A stretch of DNA of 43,447 nucleotides, from positions 1 through 43,447 of IMG/VR virus record IMGVR_UViG_3300025018_000243. One strand, written 5' to 3'. A program made the position numbers and the translations under genes. The notes under the pieces were generated by a model. The model searched no databases. It saw only the letters and a list, made by a program, of their open reading frames with translations, and was not told the origin of the DNA. Position 1 is the first letter of the stretch. Each line of letters opens with the position of its first letter. Source of the DNA: a virus (taxonomy: Duplodnaviria > Caudoviricetes). Below are positions 28,266-37,437 of the stretch, piece by piece.

Positions 28266-29294
28266 ATGGAACAAAACCCAGCACTTCAACCACTGTTCAA
28301 CATAATCGAGTCACGAAAGCCAAGACCTTTAGATCAATTGGCTTCTCTTCGTCAGACCCAGGAACAACTCGGTCTTCAAGGTTTAGAAGAACAGCGTCGT
28401 GGTATTCAGGAAACTCAAGAGCAATTAAAACTCTTGCAACAACAGCAACCCGACATGCAGAAACAAAGGATCGAACGCGCTCTTTTGGCTGCAGGAGATC
28501 TAATCTCTGGAAGCGGGGGGAAAGCCTCTCAGCTTTATCAAATGTTTCAGCCGCCTGATACTGTTAACCAGCAAACAAAGCTTCAACAGATCCTTGGGCA
28601 ACAGCGCCAGGGGCTTTCAAAGGCGGAGCTTGGGCTTTTGGATCAACAGCTCACAAGCCAGTTTCAAGAAGCGCAGCTTGATCTTTTGGGTCAGCGAGTG
28701 CAGGCCACAGCTAAGGGTAAGGAAATGGACCCGCTTGATCGTCAGCTTAAGCAAGCAACTCTTGCCGAGAAGCAAGGCAAGATGGAGCAAAAGAAATCTG
28801 AAGCTGCAGCCAAAAGTAAATCTATCCAGAACGTGGGTAAGATTCTCGTTCGAGATATTGAAATGGCAAAAGATATAATCAATAAAGGTGGAGCCATGGC
28901 AACTACCTTTGGGGGCATCCCCGGTTTGATCCCTGGTACTGACGCCAGAGTGTTGCGCGATCATATCGACTCTGTGAAAGGAAACGTCGCCGTTGACCAG
29001 TTACTTGAAATCAAACGTCAAGGTTCAGGTCTCGGGCAAGTTCCTCAGAGCCAGTTGGATATGCTTTCAACTCTTATGGGTAGTTTGAAACCAGATCTTC
29101 CACCCGATATTTTAAAGCAAAACCTTCAGGACATCGAAGATATTTATGCTGACATTGTTAAAAAAGAAGGTGGAGATCCTTTTGAACTTTACGACAAAAG
29201 ACAAGGTAAACAAGGCGGAGCGGGGGCCTTACCAAAAGCTCCTGTTTACAAAAGTCCAACGGCTAACAAACTTCGCGAAGAGTGGGGATTATGA
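28266..29294 (+). CDS. Putative ejection protein (P22 gp20-like)
   Basis: Q-rich coiled coil; C-terminal GSGLGQV...GSL pattern; position in the ejection cluster. Confidence 0.6.
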   Translation: MEQNPALQPLFNIIESRKPRPLDQLASLRQTQEQLGLQGLEEQRRGIQETQEQLKLLQQQQPDMQKQRIERALLAAGDLISGSGGKASQLYQMFQPPDTVNQQTKLQQILGQQRQGLSKAELGLLDQQLTSQFQEAQLDLLGQRVQATAKGKEMDPLDRQLKQATLAEKQGKMEQKKSEAAAKSKSIQNVGKILVRDIEMAKDIINKGGAMATTFGGIPGLIPGTDARVLRDHIDSVKGNVAVDQLLEIKRQGSGLGQVPQSQLDMLSTLMGSLKPDLPPDILKQNLQDIEDIYADIVKKEGGDPFELYDKRQGKQGGAGALPKAPVYKSPTANKLREEWGL

Positions 29295-31264
29295 ACGACG
29301 ATATTCGGGAGAAGAAATTACAACTCCTCGAGCTTGTTGATAAAGGGGAGATGACTGAGGCTGAAGCTCGTGATCTTTCGGGAAGACTGGAAGCGCAGGG
29401 GAGTGCTGTTTATATTAAAGAGCGACCTGTGATCAACGAACAACATCCAAAACTCTCCACCATGGATCGAACGCTTTTTAAGAACGTCTCTCTAAATGAA
29501 GAGCAAGGTCTTAATGAACTTCAGAAACGAAACCCGGATCTGCGCTTCTCTTTTAAAAATGGAGAAGTTGTTGTTCGTGGACAAGATGAAGAAGACTGGC
29601 GAAAAATCGAACCCAACAACATGGGATTTAATTATTCTGGTCAAGGCGGACTTAAAGAATTTGGTAAAGACGCCCTTGATGTTATGTACGATGTTCCAGC
29701 CGCAGCCTTTGAGACCGTTGCAACAGTCGGTGGAGGAATTGCAGGTGGACTTGCCACGGCTCCTGCAGGTGGAGTCGGTGCGCTCCCTGGTGCCATGGGC
29801 GCTGGGGCCGCTGCAGGTGCAACCACAGAAACAGGTCGTCAAGCTTTAGGGAACCTGACCGGGTTTGCTGAAGGCTATGACGGCTCACAGATTGGAACTT
29901 CTGCAGCCTTTGGCGGTCTTTCTCCTTTGGCTTTTGGCTCTGGTGCCACGGCTAAAGGTGTCTTGAAGTCGATGTCCAAAAAAGGTCTTACCCAAAACAT
30001 GACCGAAGAAGCCGCCGAGAAGATGGCTCAGAAAGTTGCCCAAGCACAACGCAGTCTTATTACACGCGGCGTTGGAAACGCAACCATGTGGACAACCAAT
30101 CGCCTTGGAGCCTGGGCTTCCGGGTACACGCCTGAGACTCTCCAGAAGCTGCGCACACGTATGTCTCAAGGTCTTATGGACATTGACCCCAATGAAGTCG
30201 CCAGAGGGTTCAGAGCGGATCTCATGAAGGCAAGAGAGGCCAAAAAAGAAGTGCTTTCAAAAGCCTACGGCGAGTCTTTAGAAGCTCTCGATGTTGCTAT
30301 AGATACAGGCAAGGTCGAGCAACCCCTTCTGGACCTTTTAACAGAATATGAAAAACGCGCTGAGAAAGCTGTACCAGGGTTTCGTAAAAAGATGGAACAG
30401 GCTGCGCAGGCTGAAGAAGGTGTGAAGCTTCTCGACGCCAGTGGAAACCCCCTGGAGTTAGCAGAAGAAGCGGCTGAAGAAGCGGCCAAAACTTTAAACC
30501 AAGCTGACGTGCAGAACTACCTGCATCTTAAAAACTCCATTGAGCCTTACTTACGTAAAGGCGATGTTTTGGAAGGAAAGGACATCGTTGGTTATCTCGA
30601 TAACCTTAACGACCTGACCAACATTCGCAAAAACGTGGATGTAAAAAAGAAAGCCAAAGTCGATCAAGATCTCGAGCGCATCGCCCGTCAAGTTGCAGGC
30701 GAGGTCGATAAGGGGCTTGATACCACTCTCGTCGGAGAGGGTTTTAGAAATGTGAAAGATCAGTACGCTGAGTTTTTCGCCGACGGAAAGATCATTGATC
30801 GTTATCTCAAAGATGACAAGGCCGCTGAAGGAACACTCAGAAATCTCAACTCACAGGCCAACTTCGTCCGGCGTGATGAACTCGAGAGAGTCGCACAGAA
30901 CTACGACATCCCACTTGAAGACTACGCCAATGATATGTACCTCATGTCGCAGTTCATGAACCCTGCATCCGCTGGTAAATACTTAGGTGGAACTTCTCCC
31001 ATGCAGAGAACTGTACCCCTTGCCATAGGTGCCGGGGCTCTTGGTTGGTACGCAGGTCAACAATCGGGAGCATCTCCTTATCTTTCTTCGGCTGCGGCTG
31101 GAGCTTTAGGAATGATGAGTGGATCTCCTGCAGCAATCAGAAGGTACACTCAAATGGGTAACACCATGAGAAGTGGTATTGATCAAACGCGCAGACTGCA
31201 GCCTCTCCAACAAGGTGGGGTCAACGTGTGGCAACAAATGGAACAACAAAGGCAAGGCCGATAA
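29291..31264 (+). CDS. Large ejection protein (P22 gp16-like)
   Basis: Gly/Ala hydrophobic stretches (GGIAGG...GAMGAGAAAG); helical; last large late gene. Confidence 0.6.
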   Translation: MNDDIREKKLQLLELVDKGEMTEAEARDLSGRLEAQGSAVYIKERPVINEQHPKLSTMDRTLFKNVSLNEEQGLNELQKRNPDLRFSFKNGEVVVRGQDEEDWRKIEPNNMGFNYSGQGGLKEFGKDALDVMYDVPAAAFETVATVGGGIAGGLATAPAGGVGALPGAMGAGAAAGATTETGRQALGNLTGFAEGYDGSQIGTSAAFGGLSPLAFGSGATAKGVLKSMSKKGLTQNMTEEAAEKMAQKVAQAQRSLITRGVGNATMWTTNRLGAWASGYTPETLQKLRTRMSQGLMDIDPNEVARGFRADLMKAREAKKEVLSKAYGESLEALDVAIDTGKVEQPLLDLLTEYEKRAEKAVPGFRKKMEQAAQAEEGVKLLDASGNPLELAEEAAEEAAKTLNQADVQNYLHLKNSIEPYLRKGDVLEGKDIVGYLDNLNDLTNIRKNVDVKKKAKVDQDLERIARQVAGEVDKGLDTTLVGEGFRNVKDQYAEFFADGKIIDRYLKDDKAAEGTLRNLNSQANFVRRDELERVAQNYDIPLEDYANDMYLMSQFMNPASAGKYLGGTSPMQRTVPLAIGAGALGWYAGQQSGASPYLSSAAAGALGMMSGSPAAIRRYTQMGNTMRSGIDQTRRLQPLQQGGVNVWQQMEQQRQGR

Positions 31265-31287
31265 TGAAAGCAATCGAGGGGAAAGCA

Positions 31288-31533
31288 ATGTACGAAGAAG
31301 ACAAAAAGAAAAAAGACAACAAGTACGGCCAAAATGGTAAATACTCTGACTGGGAAATTGATGACTGGGCTCGCGACATTACCAGGGCTGAGAAGATCAA
31401 GAATGATCCAGAGAAAATGAAGTATGTGAAGAAGTGTTTAGCCGAAGATGCCCAGGCTATGCAAGATGCCATCACTTCCATTGATGGACTCAAGCAACGT
31501 CAGCAAGAGTTGGCAATGAAAGAAGATGCTTGA
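31288..31533 (+). CDS. Hypothetical protein
   Basis: RBS GAGGGG before ATG 31288 (alternative start 31264). Confidence 0.65.
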   Translation: MYEEDKKKKDNKYGQNGKYSDWEIDDWARDITRAEKIKNDPEKMKYVKKCLAEDAQAMQDAITSIDGLKQRQQELAMKEDA

Positions 31534-31936
31534 GATCATTGCAGGTGCAGTCATCGCTGCACTTTTTGCTCTTATAGCTTATTTCCTTAACAGACTAATC
31601 TCACAAAACGATAGGTTTCAGGATGAAACGAGACGAACTCATAAAGTTTTTGGACGAGCGATCACACGACATCAATCCGCCCTTGAAGAAGTCGAGCGCG
31701 AAGTCAAAGCAGGAGCGATTGATCAAGAAACAAAAAGAAAAATTTCGTCGCTCGCAACGAGCCTCATGGAAGTCCAGGAAGAACTCCGCTTAATCCGCCC
31801 AACCCTGGTAAAATCAGAAGAAAACTATGGTCAGATCATCATGCTCGGTGAGCATCTAAAAGCCCAAGAAGCAAAGCTCAAGGGCCTTCACGACACGATA
31901 AAGATACTTATTCAAAGCAAGAAGGGTCAGCAATAA
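31526..31936 (+). CDS. Membrane-anchored coiled-coil protein
   Basis: N-terminal TM IIAGAVIAALFALIAYFL followed by coiled coil. Confidence 0.7.
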   Translation: MLEIIAGAVIAALFALIAYFLNRLISQNDRFQDETRRTHKVFGRAITRHQSALEEVEREVKAGAIDQETKRKISSLATSLMEVQEELRLIRPTLVKSEENYGQIIMLGEHLKAQEAKLKGLHDTIKILIQSKKGQQ

Positions 31937-32312
31937 AAGTAAGCCCGTCGATGTCCGCTGGACTTAGACCCTGAATACATTCAATTTCTTGCGCAGACAA
32001 AGGACTCCACTTAATATGAACTTTCATCTCACAAAGTTCTTTCATCTTTTTTTCTTGCTCTTCTTGATCCTCGATTTCAGAAACTTCTTTCATAAGCTGT
32101 TGGAAGTTCTTCATCTCTTGTTGGACCGCTTCGCACAGTCGCTTGATACGATACGAGCTTTTAAAGTTCGGGAAATTCTTGCAAGTAAAAACTCTCTGCA
32201 CAGACCCCCAGAAAAAACCCATCTTCTCTTTTGAAAACGCTTCGTAGGAAAACTCAAAGCCTTTATCTTCAATCTTTACAGGTTCTTTATTCTCTCCATG
32301 TACTACTTCCAT
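31908..32312 (-). CDS. Hypothetical protein
   Basis: RBS AAGGAG; last gene of the leftward operon. Confidence 0.7.
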   Translation of the reverse strand: MEVVHGENKEPVKIEDKGFEFSYEAFSKEKMGFFWGSVQRVFTCKNFPNFKSSYRIKRLCEAVQQEMKNFQQLMKEVSEIEDQEEQEKKMKELCEMKVHIKWSPLSAQEIECIQGLSPADIDGLTFIADPSCFE

Positions 32313-32324
32313 TGTGGTGCTCCT

Positions 32325-32648
32325 TTAGTGATGTAGTTCTTTTGCTTTTTCTAAACCTTCATACGCCAGGGTATGAAGAAATTCATATGTTGTGTCCCAG
32401 TTGTCAGGAGTAACCACTAAACCAATCCCGCCTGCTTTGGCGATCTCATCAAGGTTCCACTCCTGGAGCTTCTCTAACTTCGCATCCACTTTCAACTCGA
32501 TAGCAACGAAGATTGAGTTCACACACATCAAGAAATCAGGTATCCCGTGAAGACCTACTAACTGCATCTTCTTAACCCAGGTTTTGGGGAGACTCTTGAG
32601 CTGTGGATGTATTCTGTTTTTGAATTTCGTCTCTTCTTTCTGTGGCAT
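32325..32648 (-). CDS. VRR-NUC / PD-(D/E)xK nuclease (Holliday junction resolvase-like)
   Basis: E...GIPD...FVAIELK...LQ...AGG motif. Confidence 0.88.
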   Translation of the reverse strand: MPQKEETKFKNRIHPQLKSLPKTWVKKMQLVGLHGIPDFLMCVNSIFVAIELKVDAKLEKLQEWNLDEIAKAGGIGLVVTPDNWDTTYEFLHTLAYEGLEKAKELHH

Positions 32649-34467
32649 GCAGACAGTCTAAACCTGTAAATTCTACCTTGTCAGCAAGAGATTTATCACT
32701 CCACTCAATCCCGCAAGTAAGCGGGAGCCTTCGATGTGGGTAAGTTTCTTCCATGATTTTTTTGATGTCGTATAAATATTGAGCTTCGTCATAGTGCATT
32801 TCTAAGATGATCTCATCATGGACGTTTAACAATAAGTGCGATTGAGCCGCTTGCTGGTTAAATAATTCATCAATCGCATTCATTGAAACTTTCGCAACAT
32901 CTCCGGCTCCCCCTTGTATAAGTGTATTGGGGGCTTTATAGCATAGGTTTCGCTTAGGAAAATAAGAAACTCGTCCCAGCCAGTTAAAGATATGCCCACG
33001 CTTCTCAGCCGTATTAATAACTTGTTGAATGAATGTTCGGATCTCTGGAGCTGCATTAAATATTGAGGACTGAATTTCTCTTGCACGAGACTCTGTAACT
33101 CCGAGACTTCCTGCAAGTTTAGTAATGCCTCCCCCATAGAGCGTGAGAAAGTTAACTGTTTTCGCCTGGTCTCGAGTGACACCAGCTTCTTCGGCTGTGG
33201 CGGTGTGGACATCTAATCCCCCTAGTACCTTGTCGATAAGCCCGTGTGCGTTGGCGTAGTCGAGCATCATTCGATATTCAATTTGATCCCAATCAAGCAT
33301 CGCCAGGAAGTATCCCTCCCTGGGGATAAAGGCACGACGTACAACAAAGGGGTCGTTAAGAGCTTCTCCTTTTGCCTTTTCTAGGTTTTGCAGGTTGGGA
33401 GCGGCTGAAGAGAAGCGCCCAGTGCGGGTTCCATAGGATTTAAACTCAGTGTGAATAAACCCATTGGGGTCAGCGAACTTTAGAAAGTTTTTGAAAAAAT
33501 CAATTTTACTTTTTGCAGACTTGTAACGAAGAACTTCTTTAGCCGCTGGGTTTTCAAGAATTGCCAGGGTCTTTTCTTTAAAGGATGGGTTTCCTTTTTC
33601 GGTTGTACCCCATAGATGTTTTTCTGACTGAAAGAGTTCGGCAAAAAGTTTGCCTGAGAGTAAGAAGTCCTCTCCTGTGAGTCCTTTGAACTCTCGTTGG
33701 GCGATGTCCATCTCGCGAGTGAAGTGTTCGACTGCATCCGCACAATATCGAGTATCAACTCGTGCGCCTCGCATTTGAATCCCGTGAAGGGTTTTTTGGA
33801 GTCTGAGTTCGTTGGCATGGCAACTCCTTATTGTCGGCTTGTTAGTCGGCATTCTCTCAGATCGCTCTTTTATTTTCTTGATCTGGTCAACGCCAATAGT
33901 AAAACACACCTTAGCGTCCTGGCATCCGTACTTTGTAATCATGGAGAAGGGAACAAGGTCATAGCGAGGAACTTTGATTTTAAACCCGTTGTAATCTTTC
34001 ACAGTGTAGAGCTTGTTCTTTTTTATGTAACTCTCAATTGCCATATCCTTTTTAACTTTACGCCGCTCCCCACAAGCTTCAAGAGAGTAATCATTGTGCT
34101 CGTTGTAGGCCACACGCTCTCCGGTGACTGTGCAATGGACAACCCCTTTGATGTCGAGACCGTCCACGCCAAGGATGGGGAGATCGAAGATCCCTTTATG
34201 AATGAACCAGTAAGCTGAAGGGTCATTAAAAAGACGCTCCTGGATGCGGTGTTTGTGAGTCACATCCAGGAGCATATCCTGGGGCAACTCAGGATATTCA
34301 TTCCAATTAAAATAATATTGTTCGTCTTGCGTACCGATGATCATTGAGAACATTCGGTCGCCGTGAAACATCATAAGACCCGTCGTCTCAGTATCAAGGG
34401 ATCTGAACTCGTGGCGGGATATTTCAAAAAGACAGTTATCAAAATCGGTGCGGGTAACTATCTTCAT
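32572..34467 (-). CDS. polA: DNA polymerase family A with 3'-5' exonuclease domain and no 5'-3' exonuclease
   Basis: DTETTG; YGCQDA; TRTGRFSS..PNLQN; motif A DWDQIEYR; motif B RDQAKTVNFLTLYG; motif C VHDE. Confidence 0.96.
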   Translation of the reverse strand: MKIVTRTDFDNCLFEISRHEFRSLDTETTGLMMFHGDRMFSMIIGTQDEQYYFNWNEYPELPQDMLLDVTHKHRIQERLFNDPSAYWFIHKGIFDLPILGVDGLDIKGVVHCTVTGERVAYNEHNDYSLEACGERRKVKKDMAIESYIKKNKLYTVKDYNGFKIKVPRYDLVPFSMITKYGCQDAKVCFTIGVDQIKKIKERSERMPTNKPTIRSCHANELRLQKTLHGIQMRGARVDTRYCADAVEHFTREMDIAQREFKGLTGEDFLLSGKLFAELFQSEKHLWGTTEKGNPSFKEKTLAILENPAAKEVLRYKSAKSKIDFFKNFLKFADPNGFIHTEFKSYGTRTGRFSSAAPNLQNLEKAKGEALNDPFVVRRAFIPREGYFLAMLDWDQIEYRMMLDYANAHGLIDKVLGGLDVHTATAEEAGVTRDQAKTVNFLTLYGGGITKLAGSLGVTESRAREIQSSIFNAAPEIRTFIQQVINTAEKRGHIFNWLGRVSYFPKRNLCYKAPNTLIQGGAGDVAKVSMNAIDELFNQQAAQSHLLLNVHDEIILEMHYDEAQYLYDIKKIMEETYPHRRLPLTCGIEWSDKSLADKVEFTGLDCLHATERRDEIQKQNTSTAQESPQNLG

Positions 34468-34688
34468 TGAAGTTCTTTGAGTTTTTTACGCCGACGCTCC
34501 TTATCCTTCTTCAACTTCTCTTCGCTCTTTAGGGGCTTAAGAGTAAAGCTGACAGGGCGCTTGCGACGGTGTGCGGTTATGAGTTCTTCGATAAAATCAC
34601 TTCGTGTGCGATTGTTTTTAAGAGCTATGGTGTCCACATATTTACGGTTTGTGGGGCTTACGTAAACGTACAAGTTAGTTTTGCTCAT
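34464..34688 (-). CDS. Ribbon-helix-helix-like DNA-binding protein
   Basis: NLYVYV beta strand plus TRSDFIEELI helix; basic tail. Confidence 0.55.
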   Translation of the reverse strand: MSKTNLYVYVSPTNRKYVDTIALKNNRTRSDFIEELITAHRRKRPVSFTLKPLKSEEKLKKDKERRRKKLKELQ

Positions 34689-34697
34689 GTTTTCTTC

Positions 34698-35414
34698 CTA
34701 GTCGATAACAGCAACCGCGAACGGTGCTTCTTGTTGTTCAGCTTCAAGCAGGTCTTTTTTAATTTTCTTAACCCACTTCTTCGTGTAAACTTTCCCGCCT
34801 CTAATCTGTTGCCAGAAATATCCGCGAGCTTTCGCAAGGTCCTTATCGTTGAAACTTACGTTGGCTGAAACGATAACCGATGGGATCTGGGAGCGCAAGG
34901 CGACTTCTTCCACATCGTTCATAAAAAGAACTTTCATCATTGTGTAAACATCCGGGAGTGCTGCATGGGGGAAGGGGTTCAAGAAGCCAAGGCGAGCGGC
35001 CATGAACTCAAGAGTCCTGGTTCCAAGCTTCTCGTAAACATCCTCTGGAAGGTCCTCCAGGGTGTCAATCCAACTGAGCTTTGGTTCTGGCACCAACCGC
35101 TCGAAGATGATCTGGTCAAAGCCCCTGGCGTTGTGGGCAACTAAATAATCAGGCTCATAGACCGCAAGGTCTGCACTGAGATGAGTTTTTATTTCATCGC
35201 GGGAGATACCATACTTATGGCAACGCTTAAGCGAAATTCCTGTGATCTTCTCAGCAACGGGGTCCATGGTCTCGACATCTTTGTTTAGAAATACTTGCGA
35301 GACGATAGGTGTGTTACCATACTCGGTGTCGTAGATAGTCCACGCCGCTTCTGTTATGTCACAAAGGGTCGGCTCGGGACCATTGGTCTCAAAATCTACT
35401 CCCATTAAAATCAT
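34698..35414 (-). CDS. DEDDh (DnaQ-like) 3'-5' exonuclease with C-terminal VSFxxKDxAKxxG domain
   Basis: DFET; AHNARGFD; IDT; HAALPD. Confidence 0.9.
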   Translation of the reverse strand: MILMGVDFETNGPEPTLCDITEAAWTIYDTEYGNTPIVSQVFLNKDVETMDPVAEKITGISLKRCHKYGISRDEIKTHLSADLAVYEPDYLVAHNARGFDQIIFERLVPEPKLSWIDTLEDLPEDVYEKLGTRTLEFMAARLGFLNPFPHAALPDVYTMMKVLFMNDVEEVALRSQIPSVIVSANVSFNDKDLAKARGYFWQQIRGGKVYTKKWVKKIKKDLLEAEQQEAPFAVAVID

Positions 35415-35596
35415 TGCCCCAGTCCTTCAGCTATCTTATCAAGCCATTCACGTTGTTTCGGTGAGATCGTTTCGACATCACGCTCCCATACTTGTTCGAC
35501 GAAAGTGTCACACGACTCCCAGTAGTCACTCTCACTTGCTTTATCGAAGAGTTCATCACGATCAATTTGATCTTCGTAACATTCTCCAACAGTCAT
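35411..35596 (-). CDS. Small acidic hypothetical protein
   Basis: FVEQV...ISPKQREWLDKI; RBS GGGGG. Confidence 0.65.
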   Translation of the reverse strand: MTVGECYEDQIDRDELFDKASESDYWESCDTFVEQVWERDVETISPKQREWLDKIAEGLGQ

Positions 35597-35606
35597 TTCG
35601 GCCCCC

Positions 35607-35795
35607 TTATGTATTGCGGTCTTCTGATTTTTGGCGAGTAACTCGGATTACGGTCGGGTAACTTTTTGTCTGTTGTTTCCTTGTCCCACTTGTCGAAGGT
35701 CTCTTGTGAGATCTTTCCTTGCTTGAGGAGTTCGGCGAACTTCCTTCGTTGGGACTCTGATTTAAACGGCATACTTCCCCCAATTTAAAACTCAT
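35607..35795 (-). CDS. Hypothetical protein
   Basis: ATGA coupling at 35795; low complexity. Confidence 0.4.
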   Translation of the reverse strand: MSFKLGEVCRLNQSPNEGSSPNSSSKERSHKRPSTSGTRKQQTKSYPTVIRVTRQKSEDRNT

Positions 35796-36100
35796 CTGAC
35801 AGTCGCAATCACGGAACCGATCATGACCCAAGAGTCATTGATCCCCTGGTAAAGGTGTCCGTCTTTAGTGGGTCTTATTTCCCCATGTTGAGCTTCGGCT
35901 GGGAGCTGAAAAGCATCGTCCACAAGGGACTTCCAATTACCAGCGTACATAAGCTCATTAATAGTTACACTCAATTCAGGCGGCTCCACATCAAGCTCCT
36001 GCTTGATCACCCCTGGTGGAATGCGCTTGTCGCTTATCTTTCCACTTAGTGCGATGACTGGAGCCTTTTTAAGATCCACGTAACGAACAAACTCACTCAT
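35792..36100 (-). CDS. Hypothetical protein
   Basis: ATGA coupling to the Acb2/Tad1-like gene. Confidence 0.6.
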   Translation of the reverse strand: MSEFVRYVDLKKAPVIALSGKISDKRIPPGVIKQELDVEPPELSVTINELMYAGNWKSLVDDAFQLPAEAQHGEIRPTKDGHLYQGINDSWVMIGSVIATVR

Positions 36101-36330
36101 ACGTCGTCCTTGGACTGGTTGCTTTCATCACGGCTCATGGACTTTTGTGCGAACATGGAAGCAATCTCAAGGTGTGTTGCCACGAGAGCCGCGCAGCGGG
36201 GATCGCCAGTGGTGTACTTACTCACTTCTTGAAAGCAAGCTTCAAAGGCCATCTTAATGCGCTCGTTCTTCTCGATGCCTTTTGTGTTGAGGATAACTCT
36301 TCCGAATAAATTGTTTGGATCTTGTTGCAT
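36097..36330 (-). CDS. Acb2/Tad1-like helical-hairpin protein (candidate immune-signal sponge)
   Basis: RCAALVATHLEIASMFAQK matches the RxxAxxxTHxExAxM(W/F) helix as recalled for Tad1/Acb2-domain proteins; 77 aa. Confidence 0.6.
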   Translation of the reverse strand: MQQDPNNLFGRVILNTKGIEKNERIKMAFEACFQEVSKYTTGDPRCAALVATHLEIASMFAQKSMSRDESNQSKDDV

Positions 36331-36352
36331 GTCTTCTCCCTGGTTAAAATAG

Positions 36353-36380
36353 TGGGCCTTTTTACTCGTGCCCAGGAGTA
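36353..36380 (-). ncRNA. Candidate compact H-type RNA pseudoknot
   Basis: mRNA UACUC-C-UGGGC-AC-GAGUA-AAAAG-GCCCA: two perfect interleaved 5-bp stems. Confidence 0.55.
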
Positions 36381-36410
36381 CGATTTAGAGTCTCGGTTGA
36401 CTATAGCACT

Positions 36411-37214
36411 TTAAAACTGCGCTTGCTGTTGTACTTCCCCTGACTGCACAGGCCCTGTGGCTGTGGCGTCAGCGGCGTCGTCCACGTCATGGTCCTTAAT
36501 CTTTTGAGCTTGTGTTGCAAAAAGATCAAGCCATTTCATAACGGCCTTTTGTTGTTCCTCTGTGGCGGTCTCTCCACGTTTCACAATAAACTTTTGGTAG
36601 GACTTATCACTCTCCTTCACAGTCTCAGTGGTAATATTCCAAGTGACAGTAAAGCCTGGTTTGTTCATCGACTTCATGCGAGCAAACCAAGAAGCAATCT
36701 TCTTGCCTTCCTTAAAGCCAGAGGCTGAACGAAAGTTGATAAGTGATGGAATAGCGAACTCATCAATTGACCCATCTTCCTCGAGAACAAAACAATAAAA
36801 CCCATAGTTTCTCTGACGAAAACAATCAATAGTTCCACGATCTGGATCTTCTTCTTCAAACTTCCAATCGAGTTGATCGTTGGCTGCATTCCACTTCTCA
36901 GAGCGAAGCCAAGCTGGAGGCTGTTCTTGAGTGAACACTTCCCAAGTCTTCTTCATAATGAAGGGAAGGATCTTTAAAGTTGCGCCCTTCTTAGCGAGAA
37001 CTTTTTCTTCAACAGAGTCAATGATCTCACCCATGTTGAAAGTCTCTGGAACCCACTTACTCGTTCCTTGCATAAGCAAGATACGGGGGACGATAATATC
37101 CGATGCGTCAGCTTCCTCGTTCCCGCTATAATCCAAGCTGGAGCTTGTCGTCATCTCCGTCGTTTGATTTTTTACTTCCAGTTCCTTTTCCTGCTTTTCC
37201 TGTTTCTTTGACAT
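36411..37214 (-). CDS. Putative single-stranded DNA-binding / annealing protein
   Basis: DIIVPRILLMQGTS motif; acidic flexible tail ending in Phe; lies in the replication cluster. Confidence 0.55.
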   Translation of the reverse strand: MSKKQEKQEKELEVKNQTTEMTTSSSLDYSGNEEADASDIIVPRILLMQGTSKWVPETFNMGEIIDSVEEKVLAKKGATLKILPFIMKKTWEVFTQEQPPAWLRSEKWNAANDQLDWKFEEEDPDRGTIDCFRQRNYGFYCFVLEEDGSIDEFAIPSLINFRSASGFKEGKKIASWFARMKSMNKPGFTVTWNITTETVKESDKSYQKFIVKRGETATEEQQKAVMKWLDLFATQAQKIKDHDVDDAADATATGPVQSGEVQQQAQF

Positions 37215-37428
37215 CTGTAGTTTCTCCTTTTAATTTTTTCTCTATCTCGTTTATCTTACCGAATAAAAACATCGTTTTAAAATGCGCTTCAAAAGCAGCC
37301 GTATCAATGGATTGCCCATCGGACGTGTACTGCTTAAGTTGCTCAGTCTTAAACTCCTTGTACTCTTTCATCTGTTCATTAAAACCAACTTCGATTGGAT
37401 GCAGTTCTCTCTTCTCTTTTTTCGACAC
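37126..37428 (-). CDS. Hypothetical protein
   Basis: RBS AGGAG before GTG; overlaps the next gene by 89 bp. Confidence 0.6.
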   Translation of the reverse strand: MSKKEKRELHPIEVGFNEQMKEYKEFKTEQLKQYTSDGQSIDTAAFEAHFKTMFLFGKINEIEKKLKGETTDVKETGKAGKGTGSKKSNDGDDDKLQLGL

Positions 37429-37437
37429 AATTCTCTC

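Noticed and set aside
31257-31264. Perfect sigma28 -10 box GCCGATAA upstream of ORF 31288
   Set aside because: No TAAA-type -35 at the correct spacing, and it coincides with the last codons and stop of the upstream gene, so probably chance
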